Counted from the whole stretch's first letter, positions 35,366 to 49,659 are shown. The stretch: 63,824 nucleotides of DNA, filler included, from Phoronis australis (GCA_002633005.1; 13 parts of 13 records of this genome joined end to end with filler, not necessarily neighbours in it), one strand, 5' to 3'. Notes: generated by a model not told the origin, from the sequence alone. Translations and numbers: made by a program.

Positions 35366-38300
35366 TATCTTGATCCTCAGTTTAAAGATTTGTAAGCAAA
35401 ATATCACCAGAAGCTACATAACTAAGTACAAATAAGTGAACGCAAAATCTTATATTTCGTGTATATTTCTCCGAGATTATTGAGCGCTACATTCCCCCAT
35501 TCTCCCTTGATTTTAGTGATTTCAAAGCTAGAATTTTCAAATTATTGACTTGGGCCACCCTTCATAAAAATCCTTGATCAGACTCCCCGTATAAAAAAAT
35601 CCGGGATCTGCCCCTGGTGAGTCGATATTTGAATGCAGAATGTGGTAAGGTGTGAATTTTCACAACAAAGATCTGGACCCGTAAGAGGGCAGGTTTAGTG
35701 GACATCGGCATAGGAAACATTTGGCGGTTGGGGGGAGGAGAATCAGTTGATTTTTTAATTTTATTTTAAATCAAAGTTTGTGCGTTGGAAGATTTAATAA
35801 TCAATTGTTAATTAATTGAGAATTAACAGCTGAAATATTCGGGGTCAGAAAGATATCTCCGCCCCCCCCACCTTTTGTTTGAGGAGTGCCCCCCCTGTTT
35901 TGTCCTACCTCTTCTTCAGCAGATCTGTCTTATGTTTACTACTTCCCTGAATCTCTGGACAAAATCCTAGAGGTTGTGTACCTGTCCACCCTCCAATCAC
36001 CTACTTTCACCTGCTCACCTCCCATTACTGAGTCATCTTCTTTCTTATGATGTATTTCTCGTAATTTATATTTACCTTTGCTGCTCATTTTTTATTTACT
36101 TTATAGTTTGCCTATGCCTATTTTTCCATTACACTTTTCATGTTTTTTTTTCGATATTTTAAACAAAGACACATCACAATTTTGAATTCGACAAACTAAC
36201 GGCCATAGTTAACTCCTCGCGTGCTTCGTCGGCGCACACACACACCCGCTAGGTGTCGCCACGATCCATTACACAATAATGGCGGCGGCTAAAGTCTTGT
36301 TAACGTCTTTCTTGATCATACACACACGAGTGAGAGTTGCGACGACATGCGATTCAAAGGAATATCTAATGTTTGCATATCATAATTTTTCTAGATTCAA
36401 TTTGACATTATTGGCAAGAAACGGCAAATTTGAACATGAAGCTCACACGCGCCACCCCAAACTATCCGCCGTCTGATCTACATTCCACCCAGCATTTCAC
36501 TGGTTAATTAAAAGACAAATGTGTAGCATACAACGTGATGAAATATGTATGCAGTCAAATCTCTTGCTTTAGAGCTGTGGTTAAAGATGATAAAATTAAA
36601 TCTATTCCATTCAATGACAACCCGAATATTGCGTCGGTAGGCAGTAAAAACGACGATGTTGATTTAAAGTGGAGTCAGGCACTTTTTCCAAATTTTGCCA
36701 GAGCAAGGGCAGTTACACTTGCATGAAGCTGATCACAACTTGTTTCAGAATCAGGCGAGAAGTGTTTTCTGGGCTCAAGAAAACTAGCAACTCGTTAGTG
36801 CTATTTTGCCGTGAGAAAATGGCCGACGTATAAAATGGCCTGACGAGACTAGGTACTTACATGTATGTAGCTCACTCTCAAGCAATGCCAATAGCTAATT
36901 GTCACTTATTCATAAACCCAGAAATTACCTCTAACAACTTGAAGGCCTTACTAGCGTAGTCTTCCATGATGGCCACTGAAATGATTGACCTGCGATGCTT
37001 GGATGTTGAAATAAAGGATGTTATTCAGAGCCCTATGAAATCAGATACCTTGATATTAAACAAAGTTATCAATAACATTTCCAAATTACGTTTGACTTTC
37101 ATGTTCAAGATGGGATTTCCAAAAACCCTGTTATAAGATTTTTGCTATGCCTTGCCTTTCGTAAAATGACAATTTCGATTGTTAGTCTTAAAAATCCAAA
37201 AAGCCAAAATAGCTCATTGCGCTTCATGTCAAAGTAGAATATTAAAACAATAACCGGTGTTTGAAGCAAAACGGTCAACAGGAAGCAGAGGAATAGCGCT
37301 TTAATAAAAATATTTAAACAAATTATGAAAAATACATGTTTCGGTGTGCAATGACGATGACAACCGGAACGATGTGGGTACACTATATATATTTGTATAA
37401 ATGTGTTCAATAAAGCGCTTATCATGATTTTACAGCCCTTGAGTTCAGAAGCGTCTATGCAGAAGAGTGAATAAAATACAGTACCTGGAACTTTTATTTC
37501 GACTGAATACCAAATTTGATAATTCAATGGTGTTTCGTAATTTTGATCCCAAAGGATCATTTGACAAAACTGAACTAATTCGACTGATCACATGTACACA
37601 GTACAACGGAAATTCCATGGTGCGCACGAGCAAAACGCAAACAGGCATATGAATTTTTCATAGTAAAAATAGAATGCTTTAGTAAATTCTGGAGTAGCTG
37701 CCTTGTCAAAGATTAGCGAAGTTGTGTTCGGAGTCTCAACGTGAATTCATTGACGTGTTGTGTCAAGGTGCATCTAGAACAAAACCTGTTGCAATGCTTA
37801 AAGGAGCATGCCACCCAAAAAACAACCTAATTTGTATCAATTTAGATCGAGTAGTTCTACTCCATAACGACANNNNNNNNNNNNNNNNNNNNNNNNNNNN
37901 NNNNNNNNNNNNNNNNTTAATTAATTAANNNNNNNNNNNNNNNNNNNNNNNNNNNNNNNNNNNNNNNNNNNNGTATATTATGTAATATAGTCTATAGACA
38001 AGTACACGGATACGTCGACTTCGAATGACTCGGGATAGCGACAGAAATTGTTGAGAGAACCGAGGTTCAGAACAAATTAATCTTGTTGTTTACGAGTAAG
38101 AATCAAGCTGTGATTTCCAAATGTTTGTACATTCTGATTTCTTGTTTAGCTGGCAAGAAGTCCCAAAACACGTAACTCACCTCGACCGCTTGTGCTTGAC
38201 ATGTTTCTCTTCCGTCAGCTGATTCGTGTGCATTATGGGTAACCTCTCCACTGGCAACCCCGCATAACTAATGAGGTTTGGCTGAAGGTCCGCCCACTTT

Positions 38301-39345
38301 TTATAAATTTAAAAAAATTAATAGTAACATAACGAGAGTATGTACATGGCTGTAATATACGAAAAGAGTTAATTTTAGTGATATCTTTCGATTGGCAAAG
38401 CTTAATTTGTGATCTAAGCAGGCGAAAGTAAAGGAAATAGTGACTTTAAAGCTATCTTTTTCAAATTCGGTGCACAGGTATATGTCAACATGACAATTTA
38501 AAAAAGTACTTTTCTAAGTAANAGTGATATCTTTCGATTGGCAAAGCTCAATTTGTGATCTAAGCAGGCGAAAGTAAAGGAAATAGTGACTTTAAAAGAC
38601 AAGGCCCTGAATAGCTGACTGGTAAATGGAAGAACGTCCGTGAAAACGACCACTTGTAGATACACTGCATCTGCGAAGGCTCTTTTGGAATGACCCTTCC
38701 GCTTTGCTCCAGCTTGGCGTTAAGACGTATGGCTGACATGGAGTACAACTTGCTCTACTATACAAACGGATGACAAAAAGTTGTCACGTGGTGTCTGTTT
38801 GGACACTGTCAGTTCTGTTTACACACACATTCTTGCACGTCCTCATCTCGTTTCGTGTCAGCTGATTCGTGTCAATTTTGTGGTGTAAACGGGATTTAAA
38901 CCCTGAGTAAATTTGCCTCAGCATTGTTAACTACTGAAGACGATCTGCCAAATGCTGCTTTCAAGTATCATATTCCAGTATAGTCTCCATACCAAACTTA
39001 AAAAACAATGTTTTGTAGTTTATTGTGTTTAAAACTTCACACTGAGACCAGAAGATAGCAAGAAAAACGAGATCACGAATGAAACATATAGTATTTCGTG
39101 AGCATGCTGGAGACTTAGCAAATTGGCGGACACTGAAATGAGGTGAGGTGGCAATGTTGATTTCACCGTTTTGGTTTCATTCGCGATTTTGCGCCACAAG
39201 TGCAAGACAATGTCTTGCGTCAGTGGAATGAAGCCCAATTTTAGCCATGGAGGCGTTTCTTTTTCAAGCCAGTTCCTTAAAGGTGTTGAACTCTAAAAAC
39301 AGATATTATGGCTCGTACGCGTATAATAGCTTAAGCAGCACTTAC

Positions 39346-39470
39346 CCGAAGCAACGACATCCTTGACTTCTTTTCCAAGTTCCTTAGCCATGAAACCAAG
39401 GATAGAGAATACCACAAATCCGGCAAAGAAGCTCGTAAGACAGTTACCAAGGGCAACAATGAGAGTGTCC
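39346..39470 (-). CDS. Internal exon of an SLC6 Na+/Cl- dependent amino acid/neurotransmitter transporter (TM7 and EL4; SLC6A5/A7/A9-like)
   Basis: Acceptor ctctccttag, donor G|gtaagt, 125 nt. Encodes (R)[41 protein letters not shown](G). Confidence 0.92.
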
Positions 39471-40257
39471 CTAAGGAGAGACAAAGGGTAGCACGTGGAA
39501 AGAAGGTTAATTTCCACTTCGAAGTACAAGTTACTCTGAGTGAAGAAGTCTGCGGTACTGGCATTGTAAACGCAAACTGAGTGTAATCTCTTGATTGTGA
39601 TTGGAATAAATGTCCAGAGGTCTGTTTCTTGAAAGTGACGTCAGACTTAAGGCAGAAATGTGGACGTCTTACTTTCCCACTTCACAATTATTGAAACAAT
39701 GCCAAGTAATTATGTGGGCATCAAAGACTAAAAAAAATATTAATGATCTCAGATACATGCAGTTACATGTATATTCTGAGAATTTCTCAGACATTCATGT
39801 TTGTTCAAATGTGATTTAATTGTTATTCAATCACATATATGGAGCGTAAGACCAGAGTTCTGACTTGAAAGTCTTATGTTACTTTTCATGAAACAGTCAG
39901 CTGGTTACTATGGCTACCACACCAGCAGAGTCCTCTTTCGAACCAACCTGTCTTAAGGAACAGGAATGTTTAATTTCTGATTACTTTTCATGTCAATCCT
40001 TAACTCCTTAATAGAAAGTCTTTAAATTGCAATAAGCAGTTTAAGGTAGTAACGTAGCATATACCTGCAACTTGTGTATGGACCCAGTGGCGGATTTAGA
40101 TGGGGGCCAAGGAGGCCATGGCCCACCCTAAAATTCTCCAAGATTCCATGTGGCAGTNNNNNNNNNNNNNNNNNNNNNNNNNNNNNNNNNNNNNNNNNNN
40201 NTTAATTAATTAANNNNNNNNNNNNNNNNNNNNNNNNNNNNNNNNNNNNNNNNNNNN

Positions 40258-40593
40258 ATGGCTGTCTAGCAGGGTAGACAACTGCATGGCTGTCTAGCAG
40301 GGTAGACAACTGCATGGCTGTCTAGCAGGGTAGACAACTGCATGGCTGTCTAGCAGGGTAGACAACTGCACGGCTGTCTAGCAGGGTAGACAACTGCACG
40401 GCTGTCTAGCAGGGTAGACAACTGCACGGCTGTCTAGCAGGGTAGACAACTGCATGGCTGTCCACCAGTCGTCAACCTACTTCTGACTGGTAGCAGGGTA
40501 GACAACTGCTGTCCACCAGTCGTCAACCTACTTCTGACTGGTAGCAGGGTAGACAACTGCTGTCCACCAGTCGTCAACCTACTTCTGACTGGT
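40258..40593. repeat. Compound minisatellite: seven 28-bp units followed by ~2.6 related 51-bp units
   Basis: ATGGCTGTCTAGCAGGGTAGACAACTGC x7, then TGTCCACCAGTCGTCAACCTACTTCTGACTGGTAGCAGGGTAGACAACTGC. Confidence 0.95.
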
Positions 40594-40802
40594 GGGACAC
40601 AAATTTGTGATGTGTGCTGTATACCAAATTTCATGAATGTTCAAATTGTGTTGAAGGCTGCAACAGATTCATGGTGTGACTGAACTCTAGACTTGTTAAA
40701 TAAAATGTAGGGAATGCCCGAGTGGAGGTGCCCGTGACCCTTCACCTGCTATCTCAAATTAATTAGCAATAATAACGCTGCAAACTATAGGGTTGCACTT
40801 AC

Positions 40803-40917
40803 GCAAAATCAAGTTCTCTGAGTCGTGGTTTGAAAGCAGAGTCCAAGTAGACAGACAGCAAGTTCTCAAAGTCCTGAGGGTTTTGGGTAGAGAACGGATA
40901 CATGGTCCAATCACTAG
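40803..40917 (-). CDS. PITRM1: Presequence protease (PreP, M16C) exon
   Basis: tgtag|...|gtaagt, 115 nt. Encodes (A)[37 protein letters not shown]; phase matches the preceding exon. Not in the ORF track. Confidence 0.93.
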
Positions 40918-41791
40918 CTACAAGCATATATCAAGAAGGCATTATCAGAAGGGACAGGAGTCAGCTGTCCCCAGAGAAATTTCGTGAAATCTGACCTCTT
41001 CAAATGAGTTCTCCGACTGATTATTTCTTAATCACAAAAATCTGGGACTTACCAACTCCACTGCACCAGTGTGACATGTAAAAAGTTTCATTAACAATTA
41101 GCATTTTTTGAATAGGTTTCAGACAAATCACAGAAAAAACAGGCATACCAAATTATTACCTATGGGTGGAACAGGCAGATTGTGCTTTTGAAAAATCCAG
41201 GAAACTTTTCAACTTGTGACTGAAACAAGTTTAATATTGGCGATATCTATACAATCATCAACAGTATCTCGGACAGATGTGACTGGGAATAGTGTATGTT
41301 TGAAGTCATTTCAAAGGGTTATCACACAATATTGTAAGTCATGAAACAACTGCTCATGTTGTGCACATAAAGGTATACTATATATTATGCTCTCTGATTG
41401 TACGTCCATCACAAATGGAATTGCTCTAATACTTTCTCAATTGTGCAATTACTTTTTGGAAAACATCAAATTTTATTGTTTAACCATTTGACACTTTCTA
41501 GCAAAAATGTATTCCTGCGAACATGCAGAGAGTAATGTAGATGATTGTCTCGCAAGTAATCCAAGAACTGTTGCACTCAATGACCAGGCACAGTAATTGG
41601 GCGACAACTCAGTTATCATGGAATTATAATCTAGAACAAAACCGATAACCACTTTGCAACACATATAGACATGAAGATTACTCTCATAGACATTTAAAGT
41701 TTGCAGGCATTTTGCAAGCACACCTAAATGATTAATTCACACGTGTCTCCCTCAATGTCATGTGTGATTAAGGTCATATAGTTTGGAAAGC

Positions 41792-41908
41792 CCAGTTTAG
41801 TACGCTGTACCCCAACTTACCAGTTTAGTACGCTGTACCCCAACTTACCAGTTTAGTACGCTGTACCCCAACTGCCCAGTTTAGTACGCTGTACCCCAAC
41901 TTACCAGT
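41792..41908. repeat. 28-bp x4 tandem repeat overlapping a PITRM1 splice donor
   Basis: CCAGTTTAGTACGCTGTACCCCAACTTA units at 41792, 41820, 41848 and 41876. Confidence 0.95.
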
Positions 41909-42056
41909 CATAGCATTCATAAATGTTGAAAGTGATCGGTTCAGCATCTTAAAGAATGGATCTCTAACGGGGAATTTGTCAGAGCCACACAGGGCAGTAT
42001 GTTCAAGAATATGTGGCACGCCGGTATGGTCCAAAGGTGTGGTGCGGAATGATACA
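41905..42056 (-). CDS. PITRM1: Presequence protease exon containing the HXXEH zinc motif
   Basis: ttttcag|...G|gtaagt, 152 nt. Encodes [50 protein letters not shown]. Confidence 0.96.
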
Positions 42057-42411
42057 CTGAAAACAAACAATACACTGTTACTAACGGTAAAATTTTGAAG
42101 GATTTCAAAATCTTCTAATTTTAATAAACATATTTTTCCAACAAACCAGAAGAGACAACTGTTTAAACAAACTTTTTGCAAAGTCAAACATAAACAAATT
42201 ATTGGTGTCTAAATTAGAAATGAAATGCCCATCCAGGAGATAAAAACGCCTCTTTTAGCAAGGATTATTGTAACAAACAGAAAAAACAGATGGCTCCCCA
42301 GTTCTATCAAGGTGTACAAAAAATTGTACAAGTAGACAAAATTGACCCAAGCTGAGTCAAGATGCACAAAATTAATGTAATGGTGCTAAACTTTTGTAGG
42401 GAAATTGTTTT

Positions 42412-42790
42412 TTGTGTTAAGATAAGCTGGGTGTATATCTATGCAACACTTTATTGTGTTAAGATAAGCTGGGTGTATATCTATGCAACACTTTATTGTG
42501 TTAAGATAAGCTGGGTGTATATCTATGCAACACTTTATTGTGTTAAGATAAGCTGGGTGTATATCTATGCAACACTTTATTGAACAAAGAGACACCAAAT
42601 GTATATTTATTTAACACTTCATTGTGTAAAGATAAGCCAGTTGAATATCTATGGAACACCATATCGCATAAAGATAAGCCAATCGAATATACATGTAACA
42701 CTATATTGTGTAAAGATAACTAAAGTCGATTGAATATCTATGGAACACTATAATGCGTAAACATATTCCAGATGAAAAGCTATGAAACAC
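42412..42790. repeat. 42-bp minisatellite: four near-perfect units, then degenerate units
   Basis: TTGTGTTAAGATAAGCTGGGTGTATATCTATGCAACACTTTA; explains ORFs 42362 and 42386. Confidence 0.9.
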
Positions 42791-43523
42791 TTGAGTTTTA
42801 ACTAAATGACATCAGTCCTTCATCACTCATTCATCAGGAAATCCATTAAAAAAACAACATTTAACAAACTTCATCAGGTGAATGCACGTGATGCTTACCT
42901 CACCTCACATTCGCACTCGCCTGCGCCCTCACCTCACCTCAACATGCTTTGAGTTAATGTAGGCAATTTCTTTCTGATAGTGATTATTTTGAAATTTGTA
43001 GGTTTACTTACAAAAGAAAATGGTGACTCAATGAAATTCAAAAAAAGTTTCAAATGGGAAAATTTTGCTTCAACTCTTTCACTGCCACATTTTTAGAACA
43101 AACCAGTACTGCATTTTCCAGTGTAATATATACAAAAAATGTACCGAAAGTGGACAGGTGTAGATAAAGTAATACCCCATGAGACATTATTCCGCGTATT
43201 GACTGAAACCGAAGGTTGAGTGGGGTATTACTTCATCTACACCAATTGAGGTAATTTTTGTATTTATCCCATACGATTCGAATTCCTAAAGTAATTGCTT
43301 TCATTTTTTGGCAGATTTTTTCAATATTCACCCTGAGTGTTCACGAGGCGGACCAATACACATTAGGGTATTGGATTTTTCCAGTAAAAGTTTTAAATTT
43401 CAATTGATGATATATTACTTGAAACAAGATAAAAAACACGAAAACAACGACAATTCTGCATTAAATTGTAAAATTTCCTGAAAAAAGTTAAATAAAAACA
43501 GTGGCTATTACAATATTTGAGTT

Positions 43524-43713
43524 GTTACCGAGGAAACAGCGCCCCGATACAACAGTTACCGAGGAAACAGCGCCCCGATACAACAGTTACCGAGGAATCA
43601 GCGCCCTGATACAACAGTTACCGNTACAACAGTTACCGAGGAATCAGCACCCCGATACAACAGTTACCGAGGAATCAGCGCCCCGATACAACAGTTACCG
43701 GAAATCAGCACCC
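43524..43713. repeat. 31-bp minisatellite, about 6 copies
   Basis: GTTACCGAGGAAWCAGCGCCCCGATACAACA repeated. Confidence 0.9.
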
Positions 43714-44226
43714 AAGTTGCAGACGATATAATAGTTAGCAATTGAAAACTGAGACAGAAGGGTCATATAATTGACAGTTTTGTTCCAGATGTTAGGTTAG
43801 GGACCTGATTGCATGTTGGATGCTATTCATACTACTGCAATTGTATTACAATGTACTTCAAATTATCTTAGGAAAGTTTGATGATTGATTTGGCTAACGA
43901 CATTGAGTCGACATTGACCTACCTTTTGACTTTCCATGTCAGAGGGCATAGTTGAAGTAGTGCGAGAGGGGAATATGGAAAACAATTATATCACATGGCT
44001 GAATTGCACTCAACTAATTCAACACACATGCGATAAAAACTTTGAGAATTCATAGAATACAGGGTGGTATCACTAAAAAAATGCTCTAAAATCGTTATTG
44101 GTTGTTGGATTGTTATGAAACAATCAGGGTAATACACACACACATTATAATGACATCATACTTTGCAGGTGAACCCCAATACTCCATATTTAGTACAATC
44201 CTTGTAGTCCAGACATGCTCATTTAC

Positions 44227-44333
44227 CTGAAGACATTGTTGGAGTCATCACGAGCAAAGTGCAGGTGTTGGGCACCAGTTTTGTCATGCGTAAGCCTCAC
44301 TGCTGTCATGTGGAATTCTGGGACAGCTTCCAC
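44227..44333 (-). CDS. PITRM1: Presequence protease exon
   Basis: tttttag|...AG|gtaaat, 107 nt. Encodes [35 protein letters not shown](S). Confidence 0.93.
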
Positions 44334-46616
44334 CTAAAAAAAAACTAAAACAGTGTAAACAATGCCACATGCTATGAACAGTCCCACTAAATAAGATTGG
44401 TCCTAACCCGGTCGTCAAGGTAAATGGTGGGGTATGGAAAATTGAACTAGACCGTATTTATCCACCTTGGCTGAGTCGCGCTCGGCTCACGATCAAAGGG
44501 ATGCCGCCAAGCTGCTCTATTCATCCAGTCACGAGCGAGGATAATTGGCTTCGCTCATGCGGATATGATCAGCTGATTACAATCTACCTAGCAGACTGTA
44601 CTTTTTATGGAGAGAGTTACAAGTAGTTTTTACTGTAATATTTGAAAAGAGGAGTGAAAACAAATATGAGTACAACTTTGAATTTTTCAAATCAGCCCAG
44701 GATAAGAGATTTTGCAACACAGCAACACTCACGATTACTTTCAATCGGCGCGCACGAATACAAAAATATAGGACCTAAGTTATTTACATTTTGGAACACA
44801 TGCATTGCAAGATTCAAAATACGTTTAGTATGAATCTAACAAGCTGTAAAACGACGTTGTTTAATTTCATTGTTCTCATTCATTGTCATCCGTCAAATCG
44901 GCAATTTCCGAGATGTGATCTGCGGCGTGCGCGTATGTGTACAAAACACGTGATTGTTATGTTCCTGAAGTACGAAAATTAAGAAACTTTAGCATGCTGT
45001 TATTATTGACAGGGATACGATAGAACGAATTTGGATTTTGACTATAGTCTTGATACAGCGAGCTGGCTGACCACTGCGTCAGTGTCTCCGTTAGACCCAG
45101 AAATTTCACACAGTCCGGGTAGTTCACTTCCTCCCCAACATGTAGATCGAGCCTTGGACTATTAATACTCCACGGTAGAGCTACCGTCGGCCTGTGCACA
45201 CAAAATCTGTAAGTTAACCAGCACTCACCTTGCACGTTGCAGCCATTTAAATGAAAAAACAATCTAGTAAACGCCATTTTCCTGCATAATCCTCCGCCTT
45301 TTGACCCACACATGCACGCTCCGGCACTCACTTTCATACGCAGACGAACTTCAAAACAAACGTCACGTGACAACAACATGTGTGTTCATCCCGAGATTTT
45401 TCTCGTGTTGTGGGGTACGATGTAGCGCAGATTTGCACTTAATCGCAATTAATCTGGACTCCACATGAACTTTAAAAATTGTAGAACATACAGAAGATTT
45501 CAGGTAATTTGTTGAGTCGAAACTATATTTTTATTCAAGAGTTTAAGTTTTCCTATTGACAATGGCGATTCAGCGACGCATCAGTCGGCAAGTTTTCGCC
45601 CTGTGATAAGCACAATTTTTTGAAAAATTATCGTAATTTAACAACGGAAGTTCATAGCAATGCACCACAATTTTGTAGAAAGACTGTCATAGGCTAAAAA
45701 TACGTCACAGAGCGTAAATTTTATGAATCCTAGCCTCCGATTTTACCCGTTTGGGAAACCGGCTTTCAACTGCCGTAGGTTACAATAAGAATCCCCTTCC
45801 CGTGAAATGAATTTTTCTAAGCGTTTATTAGAGCCAATAAAGTATACAGCTTTCCACCAAGGCTAGGTGATGCTATGACATTATTCTTTGTTGCATTAGT
45901 AACTGGTCTTGGCTAATTATCATTTTATGGCCTGGTCATCCATTCAGCCAAAAGTAGTTCAAGAGGTGGCTTATCAGCCAATTATTCACGCATGCTGACT
46001 CACAATAGAAGCCTGATAAGAGTGAAGGTGGATAAATGCTGTGTTCCTACAGTTTCTTGTGCTAGTGGATGTGTTCACGACATGATCAGAGGGTTCAGTA
46101 AAAGCATCACACAGAACTACTTAGACATAGTTACTGATAATGAATGTCAATCAAAAAATAAAATTCTGGTTTTTCAACTAGGTCGCAAGATATATTTTTT
46201 ATGAATATGCTGCAAACTTGAGCAAATGTTGACTTCCATGGCCATAAACTCAACAGAAATAACAAACCACATTGGAAGTGTTGATATATGGCACAGTGCT
46301 GATAGGAGACTGCTTCAACACACCACAGCCGGGTAGCAAATACTGTATTGAAACAAGGTAAAGTTCAGGTGTAACACACAGTACTTAGTGACAGGTGACT
46401 CTCTCAACCAACAGCAGGGCCCAGTAGCACAGACCGGATTTAAACGCCAACGTATAAGTCAGGTGTCACACACAGTACTTAGTGGCAGGTGACTACGTCA
46501 ACCAACACCAGATCTGGGTAGCACATTCTGGATAGTTCCGGTTCCGGTGTCAAACACAGTACTCAGTGGCAGGTGACACCAAGTAGGACTAATTAGACAG
46601 GTGAGGTGTCACTTAC

Positions 46617-46713
46617 CTTGTCCACAGTGAAGCCATGAAGTTTGTCGCCTTGCTGGAACTCCACAAATGGTTGAACAGCAGGAGCAGTGAAAGCCAATCT
46701 TTGCTCTACAGTT
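46617..46713 (-). CDS. PITRM1: Presequence protease exon (probable exon 2)
   Basis: atttcag|...AAG|gtaagt, 97 nt. Encodes TVEQRLAFTAPAVQPFVEFQQGDKLHGFTVDK, including the conserved GDK.HGFTV. Confidence 0.88.
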
Positions 46714-49659
46714 CTGAAATTGTACAAACACTCTACACTCTGCAGTATACTTTCCTGAACTTAGATCACAAACTAGAGTTTATAAACACATTCTACAGTC
46801 TGTAGTGCACAATCCTGAAATTACAAAGACCACAGGCACAGAGCCTAGTAATACACCATGTTAGTTGTTACAGAATACAGTGCATGTCCCATGTCAGTTT
46901 GGAGCTCAAATACACAAGGCTATATTTTGACAACAGTATTTATACAGCTAGCTAGATTCCAAATGCATACTTAATGTAATGCCTTGGACTCTTAGATAGT
47001 AATCGAAACATCCTCGCACAATTTCGGCAGTTATTTCATCACTTGTCGTTGGTTGCCGATGCTTTGCTGCGATCTCGTGGGTCGGGGTAAGGCGCCACCT
47101 AACGGTGGTTTTGTTTGCAAAGAGACCTCTGGTGTTAGATTAATGAGGCATTTCTGCTGTGCTGATGCTTGGAATCACGGGCCTGTTAATCTCAAGATCG
47201 CGTTTTTGCGAAATTGGAATTTAAAATTCATTATTAACAAGGTGAAAATATTTTGGTCAGTGTAAAGAATTTTGTAATCATTGGCCTCATGATCACCCAT
47301 TTTCTTCTTTAGGGTAACTCGTGTCAAAGAATCGGAGGAGGTTATTGTTTGTGCCGGAATAAGACCGCCAATAGTTAAAAAAGGATTGGTTAAAATTTAT
47401 GTTATTTTATAAAAATTTAATTTGATTTAGTACAGTGCAAGTTGTTATAAACGTGAAGGTAGTTATTTGAGTGAATTCGTCTAATTTCCTCGTGTATTCC
47501 CGGCAAGTTCACTGTACGCACACATTTCAGTTGGAACTGCCATGCCCTCTTTTAGGCCAGGCAATCACGGGTCCTCATGAGAGCGAGAGCTAAAAAGTAC
47601 GGTCCACTTATCACTTTGTAATGATCGCACGTAATCCGCCACGAACAAGATCGATCCTGGCTCAGACATAATCTCATCCATGCATTCATATCATAAACAA
47701 TTTAATAATTATCCATTAAAGTCGCTACCATATACAGTACAATGTGAAAAGTTATCAGAAATGTTCTCACACAAGCCGTGTCAGTAATGCGTGATACATC
47801 TGTGGAAGGGTTCCAAAACAAGACTAGTGACCTCCTTGAATAGCGAGTCATCTATGAGGAAAATAATAACTGTTGGCAGGACTTTTGGTTTACTCAGAAA
47901 ACCGTTGCCGATTTTCATGGTACATAGTAGCCTACTGAACGAATCTGACAATATATACTGTACACCACCTCTCTATCGACACTCAGTAGTGTGTTGTACA
48001 CTAGCACTTCATACTAGGAGATTTTTAGCAAGCAATAGGAACTCCATCAATGGTTCAACTTTGCACCAGAGTGGCTCTGTACCGGCAATGGTCTCGCCTG
48101 TATTTTACAAAAGTGTTTGTTGAGTCAAGCTAGTTGCGGTTCGAAAGCATCATGCCTCAACAATGCGCAGCGACTCATACTGGATTTTACCCATAATGCT
48201 TCATGCAGTGTTTGTTAAAGCACTGTAAGAAATTGTTTATGTTTTAAAGAGTTCCACTTTGGCATAAAGCACTACGCGCTATCTAAAATACAACTTCTGA
48301 TGATTCTGAATCATGAAATGGTAAAATGAAAAGGAAAGGACCAGAAATTGTAACAGCCTTAATACCATTCTGTACTAAAGAAATATAATCGATACCGTAC
48401 AACCGTTATAAATACCCTTATGTGAATACCGTTCTCATGAATACCGTTGTGGATGCCGTTGCTATATTATCAATGCACCCTTTTTGGTAATTTAGTACAA
48501 GACATGGTCACGTGTCCAAATAGGCAGATTGATAAAAAGTTGAAAATTCGACACTGCATGGGTTTCACACATGAGGCCGATAATTACATGTAACTACATA
48601 CCCATACTTCTCAACAAGGTCCCATTACATCTGTTCAAGAGAATGCAGTCGCGCGGACAGCCCCCTGAGATGCACTGCGAATAGACCATGGTCGGTGCAG
48701 CTGGAGAAGTGGGGCTATAGCCCCCCCCCCCCACACCCCTCAGCCCCCTATGGTGAGGGGCTTATGCGTTATAAACAGGTACCATGATTCCACGAAGAAA
48801 CCCTGCCGCAAGTTAATTTCTTACCCGTTAGTAAAAATTGCCACCAGTGCCTTAGAGTTTGGGACAGCCGACTGAGTGAGAAATTTCCAAAATTAGGGAC
48901 AAGCTCGATCCTGCAACAAAAAAAAAATATATTTTCTTTGTCTACAACAAGCCAAATAGGTCATATCTCGGTAACCAAAGGTCATTGAGTGCAAATATTG
49001 CAGCAGTGCACTTTGGGCCAGCAACCAAACACATGCATTAAATATTAGCTCTGTATGAATTTTTGAGTATATAATGATTTTCAAATGGTTTTTATATGGA
49101 ATCATTCTTAATATTTCATGCAATCATACAATAATTCGCCTTCTCAGGAGTGTCACTGCTGTTTGGTTTGAGAAGCACACAATGATTCAAGAGGCAGAAG
49201 GTGGCAAAGAATATTTAGGCTGTGGCCGAGGCCAATTTGCAAATTTGTTAAAATCTAAGGCTAGGCCAGGCTTGGGGGCATAGTTAGGTATTATGTGTAG
49301 TGAGGCCAAGTGAGTGTTTTTTGTATTTGTAAACATGCTGGGAATGAAAAAAGGCCAGTTTCTCGGCTGTAGCTGCACTCTTCTTCAAGATGGTGGCCCC
49401 CTGTTGCAGTTGTGCATTGTTGTGTAGCAACCTGACTGAGAAATTGGCCGTGATTTCAGGTAGCCTTGCAAAAAAACTAGTTGGTTGACAGTGCCTTTGG
49501 ACATTTGGAATCGGTAGGAAATTTTCTTTCGGAATCTAATGTTGGCTTAAGTCGAGCATCGGCAGGAAAGTGGTGATTTTGGGGTGAAAAGTGCCGATTT
49601 TGTATTTTTTGAAATATAAACAAAGAGGGGCTTGTCCAGGGGCTCTCACTTAGAAACTA

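Noticed and set aside
38181-38211. ATG micro-exon on the minus strand (MSSTSGR, then gtgagt)
   Set aside because: It is too short to distinguish from chance and lies downstream of an internal SLC6 exon on the same strand.
44957-45379. 140-aa minus-strand ORF in a PITRM1 intron
   Set aside because: No recognisable domain, and the flanking PITRM1 exons join in frame without it.
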